In this document: piece after piece, positions 37,256 through 46,630 of the stretch
Position numbering within the stretch: position 1 is the first letter of the stretch
Layout: every line of letters begins with the position of its first letter
Origin: Acidimicrobiia bacterium
GTDB lineage: Bacteria; Actinomycetota; Acidimicrobiia; Spongiisociales; ZC4RG35
Assembly (NCBI GenBank): GCA_965203555.1
Contig: CBDBCY010000004.1
Coordinates: 1,408,001 to 1,472,000 of the forward strand
Direction of reading: 5' to 3'
Length of the DNA: 64,000 nt
Notes under the pieces: model-generated
Database searches by the model: none
Told to the model about the DNA's origin: nothing
Seen by the model: only the letters and a program-made list of their open reading frames with translations
Made by a program: the position numbers and the translations under genes

Positions 37256-37867
37256 CTAGCTCAGTTCGGCGGTAGCGAAAAGAACGTGGAAGGGTTTGCA
37301 GTAGATGACCACGGTCAGTTGGTCGGGGATCCGGTAGCCGGCGGGGAAGTCATAGTTCTGCGAACCGATGTTTCCCTTCAGCGGACCCAACTCTATGTAA
37401 CCGGCCGCCTGCAGGGTGGTGCGATCGGTGATCCCGTGCCTCGGGGCAACCAGCACCCGGAGGTCGGGACCGTTGGTCACCTCGATGTCTTCCAACCGAA
37501 GGACTTGGGAGCCGTCTTCCAGTCGGTACGCGGTAACCCCTCCCGAGCCTCTGTGGAAGTCGTCGGCGTCCATGAGGTTCCCCGTCGCCAGGGCCACCGG
37601 TCCCGTGACTTCGGGTTCCTCCGATGCGGGCATCTCCTCGGTGACCATCGTCTCGACGGTCTCGGCTTCCATCATCGCTTCCTCGACCTCCTCGGAGGTC
37701 ATGTCATCGGGGATCACCGCCATGGCCGCGCGGGGGAAGTCCTCCACCACAACCTCGTCTATGAAGAGGGGAGAGATCAGCCACCATGCCGCAACCAGAA
37801 CGGCGACAGCCACGATGGCCGCCACGACCTGTGCCGGTCGCCGTTTGTAGAAGGGGGAACGGTTCGT
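37256..37867 (-). CDS. DM13 domain membrane protein; probable ACG start
   Basis: WWLISPLFIDEVV.E, HRGSG, TNGPDLRV, LGPLKGNIGSQNY, VVIYCKPFHVLFATA; AAGGAGG lies 6 nt before ACG at 37867. Confidence 0.85.
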   Translation of the reverse strand, partial: TNRSPFYKRRPAQVVAAIVAVAVLVAAWWLISPLFIDEVVVEDFPRAAMAVIPDDMTSEEVEEAMMEAETVETMVTEEMPASEEPEVTGPVALATGNLMDADDFHRGSGGVTAYRLEDGSQVLRLEDIEVTNGPDLRVLVAPRHGITDRTTLQAAGYIELGPLKGNIGSQNYDFPAGYRIPDQLTVVIYCKPFHVLFATAELS

Positions 37868-37920
37868 TTTGCACCTCCTTTGCTCTAGTCCCCGAATCTA
37901 CGGGGATGGCTGTTCTTCTG

Positions 37921-38586
37921 CTAGGAGGTTTCCGCCGTCTCTGCTTCTTTGCGGTTGATCCAAGCCATGTTGATTGGCGCCAGGTAGTACCGAAAGAACT
38001 GCGCCATGTCCTCCAGAATCGAGGGGCGAAGGGTGGCCAGCCCAACCCCGGTCTCCGCCGTTCCGGCCACCGTCATCATCATCCGCTGCCCAGGGAGGTG
38101 GTCGTGAGCGGCCTTGGCGGCGGCGTGCCCGTTCTCGTCGGTTCCACCCGCCATGATCATGCGCATGGCCCTCTCCCCTCCTTTGAGGACATCGGTTCGC
38201 AGCTCCGGCGGCGACAGGAGAATCTGTACCGGTGCGCCTTGGGCGGCCCCCACTCCCACCGCTCCTCTACAGCTGTCACCGTTGACCACCAAACCGCAGG
38301 GGCCCCACACCCGGCTGGTGTGAACGACCATACTCCGCACATCCTCTGCAATTGTGGACGGGTCAGGGTCGCCATCGGACAGACCATGGCCTGACAACTC
38401 CAGGCTCACCACCCGGTAGCCGGCTTCGGACATTCCGCTCGTCAGCGACTCCCACTGGTCCAGGTCGGCGCCGTAGTCATGGACGAATATCACCGGGGGT
38501 CCGGGAGTGGGCCACTCCAGCCCGCGAAGACTCACTCCGCTCTCCCCGACCACCTCGACCGGGATCGGCGTCTCGCTCAGGCCCAT
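37921..38586 (-). CDS. Alpha/beta hydrolase fold protein (nucleophile elbow degenerate)
   Basis: VIFVHDYG..LDQW, GYRVVSLELSGHGLSDG; the GxSxG position reads NGDSCRG. Confidence 0.7.
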   Translation of the reverse strand: MGLSETPIPVEVVGESGVSLRGLEWPTPGPPVIFVHDYGADLDQWESLTSGMSEAGYRVVSLELSGHGLSDGDPDPSTIAEDVRSMVVHTSRVWGPCGLVVNGDSCRGAVGVGAAQGAPVQILLSPPELRTDVLKGGERAMRMIMAGGTDENGHAAAKAAHDHLPGQRMMMTVAGTAETGVGLATLRPSILEDMAQFFRYYLAPINMAWINRKEAETAETS

Positions 38587-39557
38587 GTCAAGGGTTGGGG
38601 ATTGAAACAACGCAGGTCCCGCCCGTTCTCCGACACCAGATCCGGATGCTCCTCCCAGCAACGAACCAGCGCCTGGGAGCAACGGGGACTGAACGGACAG
38701 CCCGGTGGGATGAACTGGGGCGGCGGAACCCGGCCCGGGATGGTGTGCAGGGCGCCGCGCTGGTGGCGGGTCTGGGGAACCGCCTGCAGAAGACCCTGTG
38801 TGTAGGGGTGTTGCGGGTCGGCAAACAACTGCTCGACCGTGGCCTGCTCCACGATTTCTCCCGAATACATGACCGCGACCCGGTCCGCAACCGCCGCCAC
38901 CACTCCGAGATCATGGGTGATGAGCAACATCGACATATCCCTGCGCCGCTGCTGGCCCACCAAACGGTCGAGGATCTGAGCCTGCACGGTGACGTCCAAA
39001 GCGGTGGTGGGCTCATCGGCGATCAGAATGTCGGGATCCAACATGAGCGCCATGGCGATCATCACCCGTTGCCGCATGCCGCCCGACAGTTGGTGCGGGT
39101 ACTGGTCCATCCGGGTGTCGGCGTCGGGCAACTCCACTTCTGTCAGCGCCTGAAGGGCGATGGCCCGGGCTTCGGATCGCGTGACCGGACGATGACGCCG
39201 GATCACCTCGATGAGCAAATGCCCGATGGTGAACATGGGATCCAGCGAAGTGAGCGGGTCCTGGAAGATCATGGAAATGTCATCTCCCCGCACCTCCCGC
39301 ATCTGCCTCTCCGGCAGGCTCACGAGGTCCTTGTCGCGGAACATGACCTCACCTCCGGCGATACGGGCGGCCGGGGCGGGTATCAACCCCATCACGGAGA
39401 GAGCCGTCATCGTCTTGCCACAACCGGACTCCCCCACCAGGCCCAGGATCTCATTGGGATACAGGTCGAACGAGACCCCCCTCACCACTTCGAATTGGAT
39501 GCCCTCGGTGCGGATTACGGTGGTGAGATCCCGAACGGAGAGTACCGGCGTCGCCAT
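38577..39557 (-). CDS. Peptide ABC transporter ATP-binding subunit (OppD type)
   Basis: [51 protein letters not shown]. Confidence 0.93.
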   Translation of the reverse strand: MATPVLSVRDLTTVIRTEGIQFEVVRGVSFDLYPNEILGLVGESGCGKTMTALSVMGLIPAPAARIAGGEVMFRDKDLVSLPERQMREVRGDDISMIFQDPLTSLDPMFTIGHLLIEVIRRHRPVTRSEARAIALQALTEVELPDADTRMDQYPHQLSGGMRQRVMIAMALMLDPDILIADEPTTALDVTVQAQILDRLVGQQRRRDMSMLLITHDLGVVAAVADRVAVMYSGEIVEQATVEQLFADPQHPYTQGLLQAVPQTRHQRGALHTIPGRVPPPQFIPPGCPFSPRCSQALVRCWEEHPDLVSENGRDLRCFNPQPLTWA

Positions 39558-40474
39558 CAGGTTTTCCGCAGCCGCGGATTGGCGGCGAGGTATCCCAGAT
39601 CAGCAAGCCAGTTGCCCAACACCACCATTACCACCAATACCAGCGAGAAGAACTGCGCCACCGGATAATCACGACGCAGGACTGCGTTGACCAGCACCTG
39701 GCCCAGTCCCGGCCAACCGAAGATCACTTCGACGATCAGGGCGTATCCCACGATCTGACCGATACGCAGCCCGGCCAGGGAGATGATCGGGATCAGGGCG
39801 TTGCGGAACACGTGCTTGCCGATTACCCGGGCCTCGGAGAGGCCCCCGGCCCGCAGGGTCCGCACCCAGTCGGAGTCGAGGTTCTCCAACATGGCGGAGC
39901 GGGTCATCCGCACCGTCAGAGCCGTGCCTTCCGCCGCCAGGACGATAGCCGGCAGGATCAGCTGCCTGGGCTCGCAGCACCCCGCCGAGGGAAGCCAGCC
40001 CAGCACGCTGGCGAACAGCCAGATGCTCAGCAGGGCAAGCCAGAAATTGGGCACGGCCATGCCCGCCACCGAGAAGGTCATGATCCCCTGGTCCAGGAAG
40101 CGGTTTCGTCTGACCGAGGCCAGCATCCCCAGCGGCACACCCACCAGGAAAACCAGGAGAAAGGCGGCCGCTCCCAGGATGATGCTGTTCCGTCCGTGCT
40201 CGATCACCATCTTGGAAATCAGGGCGTTGTTGGTGAGAGAATTGCCCAGGTCCCCGCTGAGCAGCCGTCCCATGTAGGTGAAATACTGCTGGTAGATGGG
40301 ATCGTTGAGTCCCAGGACCTCCCGCAGGGTTTCCCGGTCGGCCTCGGTGGCCGAGGCCGGCAAACGGGCGGCGGTGGCGTCCCCACCGGACAAACGGATG
40401 GCGTAGAACACCGCCACCGAGGAGATCGCCAGGATGATCAGCATGTAGACGGTGCGGCTGGCCAGGTACCTCAT
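39557..40474 (-). CDS. Peptide ABC transporter permease (OppB type)
   Basis: LGLNDPIYQQY, GDLGNS, VPNFWL, RTLRAGGL, HVFRNALIP, VEVIFGWPGLG, RDYP. Confidence 0.92.
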   Translation of the reverse strand: MRYLASRTVYMLIILAISSVAVFYAIRLSGGDATAARLPASATEADRETLREVLGLNDPIYQQYFTYMGRLLSGDLGNSLTNNALISKMVIEHGRNSIILGAAAFLLVFLVGVPLGMLASVRRNRFLDQGIMTFSVAGMAVPNFWLALLSIWLFASVLGWLPSAGCCEPRQLILPAIVLAAEGTALTVRMTRSAMLENLDSDWVRTLRAGGLSEARVIGKHVFRNALIPIISLAGLRIGQIVGYALIVEVIFGWPGLGQVLVNAVLRRDYPVAQFFSLVLVVMVVLGNWLADLGYLAANPRLRKT

Positions 40475-41514
40475 GAGTCGATTCCCTTGGCCTCATGCCG
40501 CAGGCGGGGATCGAACACATCCCGCAGGCCGTCTCCGATCAGGCTCACCGACAGCACCATCACCACCAGGGTCAACCCGGGAACCGTGGTCTCCCAGTGG
40601 TTGAGTTGCAGGAAATTGCGCCCCTCCGCCACCATCTGCCCCAGGCTGGGAAGGGGAGGCTGGGCGCCCAAGCCGATGAAGGAGAGAGCCGCTTCCGCGA
40701 TGATGGCCACCGCTACGTAGTAGGAGGCAAGCACCAGGGCAGGCGCCAGGATGTTGGGAAGGAGATGCTTTCGGATGATCCGCCAGTTGGAGAGTCCCCC
40801 CGCCCGGGCGGCTTCGACGAATTCCCGCTCCGACAGCGCCAGCACCTCGCCGCGCACCACCCGGGCGATGGCGGCCATGTTCACCAGTCCCACCGCCAGG
40901 ATCACCGAAGGCAGGCCTTCGCCCAATCCTCCGGCAAACAGCACCGCCACCAGTATCAGGGGAAATCCCCAGATGAAGTCCATCACGCCGCCCAGCGACC
41001 GGTCGGTCCACCCACCCCGGAACCCGGCGAGAGTACCCAAGGCCAATCCCACCACCAGGGCCAGGGCGGTCACCCCCACCGCCACGGCCAGGCTCACCCG
41101 GATGGCGACAAACAGCCTGGTGGCGGTGTCACGCCCCAGATGGTCTGTTCCAAGGACCGCCTCCCCGCTGCGAAGGTGGTCGACCATTTTCGAGAAGGCC
41201 TCGCCGGTTTCCCCCAACTTCGAGATGTCCCTCGTCACGACCGCTTCTCGAAACACCTCGAACGGGGGATCCCAGAAGGGCTTGGCGTGGATGTTGGAGA
41301 AGTTGATCAACTCGTAGTCTCCCCCGATGATGATCGGCCCCACCAGCCCGGAGCCCACTACCAGCACCCCCAGAATCACCCCGGCCAGCAGCAGACGGTT
41401 GCGCACCAGATTGTGCATCCCGCGCCGGAAAACAGAGACGTGTTGACTTTCCTCAAAGTCCAAGAGCCGCTGGTTCCACTCGGCCAGGTAGGACTCGGGA
41501 GTGGAAGCTGACAT
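40471..41514 (-). CDS. Peptide ABC transporter permease (OppC type)
   Basis: LGTDHLGRD, EFVEAARAGG (EAA loop), HLLPN, EAALSFIGLG, GDGLRDVFDPR. Confidence 0.92.
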   Translation of the reverse strand: MSASTPESYLAEWNQRLLDFEESQHVSVFRRGMHNLVRNRLLLAGVILGVLVVGSGLVGPIIIGGDYELINFSNIHAKPFWDPPFEVFREAVVTRDISKLGETGEAFSKMVDHLRSGEAVLGTDHLGRDTATRLFVAIRVSLAVAVGVTALALVVGLALGTLAGFRGGWTDRSLGGVMDFIWGFPLILVAVLFAGGLGEGLPSVILAVGLVNMAAIARVVRGEVLALSEREFVEAARAGGLSNWRIIRKHLLPNILAPALVLASYYVAVAIIAEAALSFIGLGAQPPLPSLGQMVAEGRNFLQLNHWETTVPGLTLVVMVLSVSLIGDGLRDVFDPRLRHEAKGIDS

Positions 41515-41553
41515 TACGGGTTCAGTGTAAATACCGATGTCCGGGAAATTGAA

Positions 41554-41586
41554 CAAAAGAGAAATCCCCGCCCCCGGCGGCGGGGA
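41554..41586 (-). terminator. Intrinsic terminator-like stem-loop between the SBP and permease genes
   Basis: Minus strand TCCCCGCC-gccggg-GGCGGGGA followed by tttctcttttg. Confidence 0.65.
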
Positions 41587-41619
41587 CGAGGAGTTCTCTC
41601 AATCGTCGGATCGGGTCTT

Positions 41620-43422
41620 TTAGGCCTCGATCCAGGTGTCGTTGTAGTAGGGATAGAGGAGCCACACGAACGGCGACCAGCCGTGTACCCGGTTGTTCTT
41701 CACGAACGTGGAGTTCTGGTTGATGAAGGACATGTTGGGCAGCGTCTCCGCCCAGGCGATCTGGAAATCGGACTGCGCCTTGGCGGCTGCCTCGACCGTT
41801 CCGGCGTTCTGCCAGTCGGAGATCGCCTGGTCGATGCGAGGCTCGTTGGCGTGGGACCAGTTCGGGACCGGGATGGTGTAGCTGGCGCAGAACAGCGTCA
41901 GGACGTCGATCGGTATGGGCCACAGCCACATGAACAGACCGGCGGCCACTTCCGGACCTCCGGCCCTCTCGAACCACACCGCCCGGTCGACCACGTTCAC
42001 ATCCGCCTGTGCGCCCACCTGGGCGAACTGCGCGGCGGCGGCGGTGCCGATAGCGGTCTGCAGAGACTCGTTCTCCACCATGAATTCGAACTGAAGCGGG
42101 ACCCCGTCACGTTCTCTCACCCCGTCGGAGCCCATCGACCAGCCGGCCGCGTCCAGCAACCGGTTGGCCTCGGCCACGTCGTAGTTGTTGTACTGCTCCA
42201 CCGCCGGGTCGTAGAAGCGGTCGGTGGTGGGGAAGGGACCGTAGGTGGCGGCGCCGTTGCCGAACAGCAGCGCCTGCACCATGCCCTCCCGGTCCACGGC
42301 GTGGGAGAGGCCGCGGCGGGTCTCGACGTCCCCGAAGATCTCCGGGAAGTTCTCCCGGTTCATGAACATGAAATAACCGGACCACTCGGCGTGCTGATAG
42401 ACGGTCAGGTCCGGATTGCCCTGCAGCCGGGCCAAGTCCTGGTGGGCGGGGTTCAGCAGCGTGTCGATATCCCCGTTCTCCAACTGGGTGGCCCGCTGGC
42501 CGGCCTCGGTGATCACCGTCCACCGGATAGCGTCGAGGTGAGCGGTCCCCTTGTTCTCGAAGTAAGGGACGTTGCTGCCGGGGTACTCGTCCCAGCGCTC
42601 GACGTAGGAGTGGCTCCCTGGTACCCATTCGGTGTGCTTGAACGGACCGGTGGCGTCCACGACCTCGGTGCCGTAGACCGAGGCAACGACACTCTCGCCC
42701 GCCAAGCCGGTCTCGTCGTCATAGCCGCCCACATCCTTCCAAGTGTTGATGTTGGCTATGCGCCAGTAGCCGGTGGCCAGGGGTCCGAGGGTGCCCACCC
42801 AGGCATTGTTCATCTTGGCGACCACCTGGTTCCCGTCCACCTCGTAGTGGCTGATCGGCGACGCCAGGCTGGCGATGAAGCTGAACTTCTGGATGCGGTA
42901 GAACTCGGCCACGTCGGCGGCAGTGATGGTGCCGCCCGAATGGGACTGACGGTCCTCAACCGTAAACCGGTACTCGAGACCGTCGTCGGATACGCTGAAG
43001 TCAGTGCAGAACTGGGGAACGAAGTCGCCGTCGGGTGAGACGGTGACGATCGCCTCGTAGATGGCGAAGAACGCCGGATCGTACCAGTTGGTGGTAATCG
43101 GGTCGTGCTTGGAGACGTCCCGGTTGTATCCCTCGCGCAGGGTGCCGCCCTTGGTGGGACCCATTGGTTCAGGGGCGGCCGTGGTCTCAGGGGCGGCGGT
43201 GGTCTCGGCTGCCGCGGCCGTGGTGGCAGGCGCCGCCGTGGTGGTAGGGGCCGCCGTGGTGGCCGCCGGCTCCTCATCGCCGCCGCAGGAGGCCAGGATT
43301 GCAGCCGCGGCCGTGGCCCCGATTCCGGCTGCACCCACCTTCTTGAGAAACTGGCGGCGGTTTAATTTCTTCTGCTGATAGTCATCCAGAATGCTCTGGA
43401 TCTCTGGACTGCTCTCCGTCAT
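41620..43422 (-). CDS. Family-5 ABC substrate-binding protein, Tat-exported lipoprotein
   Basis: NRRQFLK twin-arginine motif, lipobox LASC, Ala/Thr/Pro linker, GGTLREG, TGPFK, LENGDID. Confidence 0.9.
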   Translation of the reverse strand: MTESSPEIQSILDDYQQKKLNRRQFLKKVGAAGIGATAAAAILASCGGDEEPAATTAAPTTTAAPATTAAAAETTAAPETTAAPEPMGPTKGGTLREGYNRDVSKHDPITTNWYDPAFFAIYEAIVTVSPDGDFVPQFCTDFSVSDDGLEYRFTVEDRQSHSGGTITAADVAEFYRIQKFSFIASLASPISHYEVDGNQVVAKMNNAWVGTLGPLATGYWRIANINTWKDVGGYDDETGLAGESVVASVYGTEVVDATGPFKHTEWVPGSHSYVERWDEYPGSNVPYFENKGTAHLDAIRWTVITEAGQRATQLENGDIDTLLNPAHQDLARLQGNPDLTVYQHAEWSGYFMFMNRENFPEIFGDVETRRGLSHAVDREGMVQALLFGNGAATYGPFPTTDRFYDPAVEQYNNYDVAEANRLLDAAGWSMGSDGVRERDGVPLQFEFMVENESLQTAIGTAAAAQFAQVGAQADVNVVDRAVWFERAGGPEVAAGLFMWLWPIPIDVLTLFCASYTIPVPNWSHANEPRIDQAISDWQNAGTVEAAAKAQSDFQIAWAETLPNMSFINQNSTFVKNNRVHGWSPFVWLLYPYYNDTWIEA

Positions 43423-43674
43423 CGGTCCACTCCTTCTTGCCAAACTCTTATCACAGCGGATCAAGGGCCGTCAAACCCCTACTCATGAACTTTGCGACTC
43501 AGAATAGCAATCCACTCCGAACGCGCTCGCTGATCCCATGGTAACCAATCCGCCCCAAGCCCACCCCGGTGAGGGACCTCGTGGATAGTGTCGAGGGGAA
43601 GCCGGGACCCGGCGCCGCCGGATCCCGGCTGGGGAACCCCTTAGCATTGCAGACCACGACCGATAGGAGCAGGC

Positions 43675-44481
43675 ATGTGTACCACCGGCGCCCTGCGTAC
43701 CGACAACGGATACCTACTGTTCAAGAACAAGGACTTCGGGCGCGCCAGTTTCGAGGATCTGCTGGTGATCGAGGAGGACGTTTTCGGAATAGCCGGGGTG
43801 GAGACCTGGGCCGGAACCGACCCCGACCTGGACCGATTCTCCGGATTCTCACTGGGCGCCAACCGCCACGGATTGCTGTGCTGCGATTCCAACGTGCGGA
43901 CCGTGGCGGGTTTGAACTACGACCGGCTGACGGAAATCGCCCTCCGGGAGGGAACCGACGTCCGGAGCGGGGTGGCAGCCGTGGAGCGGGCCATGAGTCG
44001 GCATCCCTACATCTGGGCGAATCTGGTGATGATCGATCAACATGAGCTGGCCACGGTGGAGGTGCGGGGGCAGGAAATGAAAGCCACCCTGCATGCCGAC
44101 GACCGGATAGCCCGGTCCAACCATCATGTGGAACTGGGCGCCACCCCCGACGACGACGACACCGTCACCACCGGTCCCCGGCTGCGGTCGGCTACCCGGC
44201 GCATCACCGACGCCCACCAATTGTCGGACATCTTCGGACTTCAGGAGTCCCACGACGACGGCGACTCGGGAATCTGCAACCACACTTCGTACGACACCGT
44301 CTACTCCTACGTGTTCGAACGCCGTGACGACGCCACCACTTTGCATGTGACCCAGGGCAAACCGTGCGAGAACCCCGGCCGCCTCGCCCTGCGCCTCCCC
44401 CTCGGATCGGAGTGGAACCCCGCCGCCGTCGGCGCCTTTCAGGACACCTACCCGTCGCAGCGGATTTCATCTCCGGCCTGA
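43675..44481 (+). CDS. Ntn-hydrolase (peptidase C45 / acyltransferase-like) with N-terminal Cys
   Basis: M-CTT start, LFKNKD, GANRHGL, ARSNH, GICNH; SD AGGAG. Confidence 0.75.
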   Translation: MCTTGALRTDNGYLLFKNKDFGRASFEDLLVIEEDVFGIAGVETWAGTDPDLDRFSGFSLGANRHGLLCCDSNVRTVAGLNYDRLTEIALREGTDVRSGVAAVERAMSRHPYIWANLVMIDQHELATVEVRGQEMKATLHADDRIARSNHHVELGATPDDDDTVTTGPRLRSATRRITDAHQLSDIFGLQESHDDGDSGICNHTSYDTVYSYVFERRDDATTLHVTQGKPCENPGRLALRLPLGSEWNPAAVGAFQDTYPSQRISSPA

Positions 44482-44608
44482 CCCCTCGCCCTTCACGCGC
44501 ACAGGTCCCCTCCCATTCGGCGCCTGCCGCGGCGCTTCCCTACTGCAAGTTCCAGGAGGTGACGGCCGAGGAAAAACATTTACGAGGTAATTTCAGATCA
44601 AAACTGGC

Positions 44609-44731
44609 TCTATTTATTAATATCTTTCCTCAATATATGGGACTTTAGGGGCGATTTGCCGAAAGATATTATAATCTTTTGGCAAAAGGGGTTAGAATCA
44701 ACTTTATAAAGGAAAGATATTACAATCTTTT
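44609..44731. repeat. Three AT-rich 20-bp quasi-palindromes at 51-52 bp period, upstream of the AlbA_2 gene
   Basis: TCTATTTATTAATATCTTTC (44609), GAAAGATATTATAATCTTTT (44661), GAAAGATATTACAATCTTTT (44712). Confidence 0.85.
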
Positions 44732-44736
44732 CGCAT

Positions 44737-46377
44737 ATGGCGCTCCGGTCCAACTTCCATGACATACCAGATCAACTCACGGTTAAGGATTTCTGGGAGT
44801 TGTTCGGAAAGATCGAGCATGAGGAACTCGACTTCAAGAAGGGAGTCTCCGACAGCATCCTCACCACGATTCCAGCCATGGCCATGACAAATGGGGGAAT
44901 CATCATCCATGGCGTAACCGACAATCGGACCATCGTCGGTTGCCCACGGTCGCAAAAAACCGTGAACGGCATCACGCAACGCGCCTATGAATGCGGGGTC
45001 CAGGTCGAGACCCGTTCCATCATGGTTGGGAAAAAGCAACTCACCCTCACGTGGGTGCCGGAGATCAGGGGACGGATCGTCACGACCCCCGACGGCCGGT
45101 TGCTGAGACGCTCGGGTGAGCAGTCCCGGCCTCTCCGGGGAGACGCCCTCGGCTGGTTTGTGCGCGCTCGGACAGAACTTTCGGGAGAAGATGAACCGGT
45201 GGCGGGTTTCGGCCCGTCCGATCTGGATTTGGCTTCCCTCAATCAGGCCCTCGAAGCCGACGGCCATGCCGGCGCCAGCCATGACAATGCCCTGAGGGCG
45301 CTGTGCGATTTGCATGTGGCAGAGATGAAATCCACCTCTTCCGATCCCACCGTGCTGCGCGCCGCGGTCGTTCTCTTTGCTAAGGACCCTGGGCGATTCA
45401 TACCGCGAGGCACGGTACATCTGGTCCGTCGCGAAGGGGTGGGTCCCGGACCGGGCCCCACCTCGGAGCGAAAGGAGATTTCAGCGCCCTTGGCCGAGAC
45501 TCTCGAGCAGTGTTTGGAGTTCATTGCCCGGCACACCAAACAGTACGACATCGTTGTCGGCACAACCCGGGATGTCCTTCCTGAGTACCCGACCCCTGTG
45601 CTCCGAGAGGCGATAATCAATGCGCTGGCGCACCGAGACTATAACCTGACCGGCGCAACAATCGACATCACGATTTGGGATGACCGCATCGAGGTCCAAA
45701 GTCCGGGGCCTCTGCCCGCTCACATAACGGTTGAAAACATGCGGAACGAGCATTTCAGCAGGAACCATCGGATCATGCGTGTTCTGAAAGGCATGAAGCT
45801 GGTAGAGGAGTACGGCGAAGGGGTGGATCGCATGTTCAGGGAGATGGAAGCACGCCTCATGGAACCACCCATTTTTCTCGGCAGCGACAGTTCGGTGACT
45901 GTAACGCTACGAAACCGGTTTCTCGTCGATGTCGAAGACCAGGTTTGGCTGGCCTTGCTCGGGGGCTACCACCTGACCGCAGACGAACGTCGCATCCTGG
46001 TAGCGGCTCGAAAGGAAGGCGCTGTTACGCCCCGGCGGGTTAGGCAACTGCTTCCCAGTCGCGAAGTCACCAAGCTGCTGTCCGGAGGGGTGGCCAAGGG
46101 TCTGCTTACGCGAATCGGAAGGAGAGGAGGATCCCGGTATGTGCTGTCAGATGAGGTGCTCCTGAGGGTCGGCAGCACAGCCATGGAGGCGCAAAACCGC
46201 AAGAGGCAGATGCTTTTGGACGAGATAAACCGAGTTGGAAGCATCTCGACCGTAGAAGGAGCGCAACTCTTGGGCGAAGAGATGGCCATGGTGAGAAGCA
46301 TCCTGAACGACTTGGCTCGGGCAGGCCTGACTCGTGCAGAGGGCCGGACCAGGGCACGACGTTATTACCGCCCTTAG
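44737..46377 (+). CDS. Schlafen/AlbA_2 domain plus RecG-C/HATPase_c_4 domain plus HTH protein
   Basis: EHEELDFK, AMAMTNGGIIIHGVTD, YP..VLREAIINALAHRDY, DRIEVQSPG, SRNHRI, EEYGEGV, C-terminal wHTH GRTRARRY. Confidence 0.88.
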   Translation: MALRSNFHDIPDQLTVKDFWELFGKIEHEELDFKKGVSDSILTTIPAMAMTNGGIIIHGVTDNRTIVGCPRSQKTVNGITQRAYECGVQVETRSIMVGKKQLTLTWVPEIRGRIVTTPDGRLLRRSGEQSRPLRGDALGWFVRARTELSGEDEPVAGFGPSDLDLASLNQALEADGHAGASHDNALRALCDLHVAEMKSTSSDPTVLRAAVVLFAKDPGRFIPRGTVHLVRREGVGPGPGPTSERKEISAPLAETLEQCLEFIARHTKQYDIVVGTTRDVLPEYPTPVLREAIINALAHRDYNLTGATIDITIWDDRIEVQSPGPLPAHITVENMRNEHFSRNHRIMRVLKGMKLVEEYGEGVDRMFREMEARLMEPPIFLGSDSSVTVTLRNRFLVDVEDQVWLALLGGYHLTADERRILVAARKEGAVTPRRVRQLLPSREVTKLLSGGVAKGLLTRIGRRGGSRYVLSDEVLLRVGSTAMEAQNRKRQMLLDEINRVGSISTVEGAQLLGEEMAMVRSILNDLARAGLTRAEGRTRARRYYRP

Positions 46378-46381
46378 CTAT

Positions 46382-46625
46382 CAAACTTATTAATATCTTT
46401 CTATAACAAAAGGGGTAATCGACCTATATTCGGCAAAGATAAGAATATCTTTATTTCAAATCGCCAGAAGAAATCCGCTGATTCCACCCGTCTGCCCAAA
46501 TGCTCTGTTAGCCCTTTTGATCGCTAAGGTCCTTTACCCACTTTTATCGCCAATTTATTAATATCTTTCCCCCGAAAGGAGCATATAGCCTTTTATTCGC
46601 GAAAGATAGAAATATCTTTCGCGAA
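46382..46625. repeat. Four copies of the same AT-rich motif in two pairs, downstream of the AlbA_2 gene
   Basis: CAAACTTATTAATATCTTTC (46382), CAAAGATAAGAATATCTTTA (46434), CCAATTTATTAATATCTTTC (46550), GAAAGATAGAAATATCTTTC (46601, within the 14-bp perfect IR ATTCGCGAAAGATA/TATCTTTCGCGAAT). Confidence 0.85.
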
Positions 46626-46630
46626 TTCCT

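Noticed and set aside
43170-43270. Imperfect GGCGGCCGTGGT repeats
   Set aside because: They encode the ordinary Ala/Thr/Pro linker (TTAAP) of a lipoprotein.
43600-43630. AGCCGGGA...TCCCGGCT inverted repeat
   Set aside because: Isolated GC-rich hairpin with no U-tract and no other copy seen.
44609-46625. Calling the AT-rich repeat-spacer arrays a CRISPR array
   Set aside because: Repeats are only ~20 bp, degenerate, in mixed orientation and 2-3 per group, and no cas gene is present; kept as an unexplained repeat finding.
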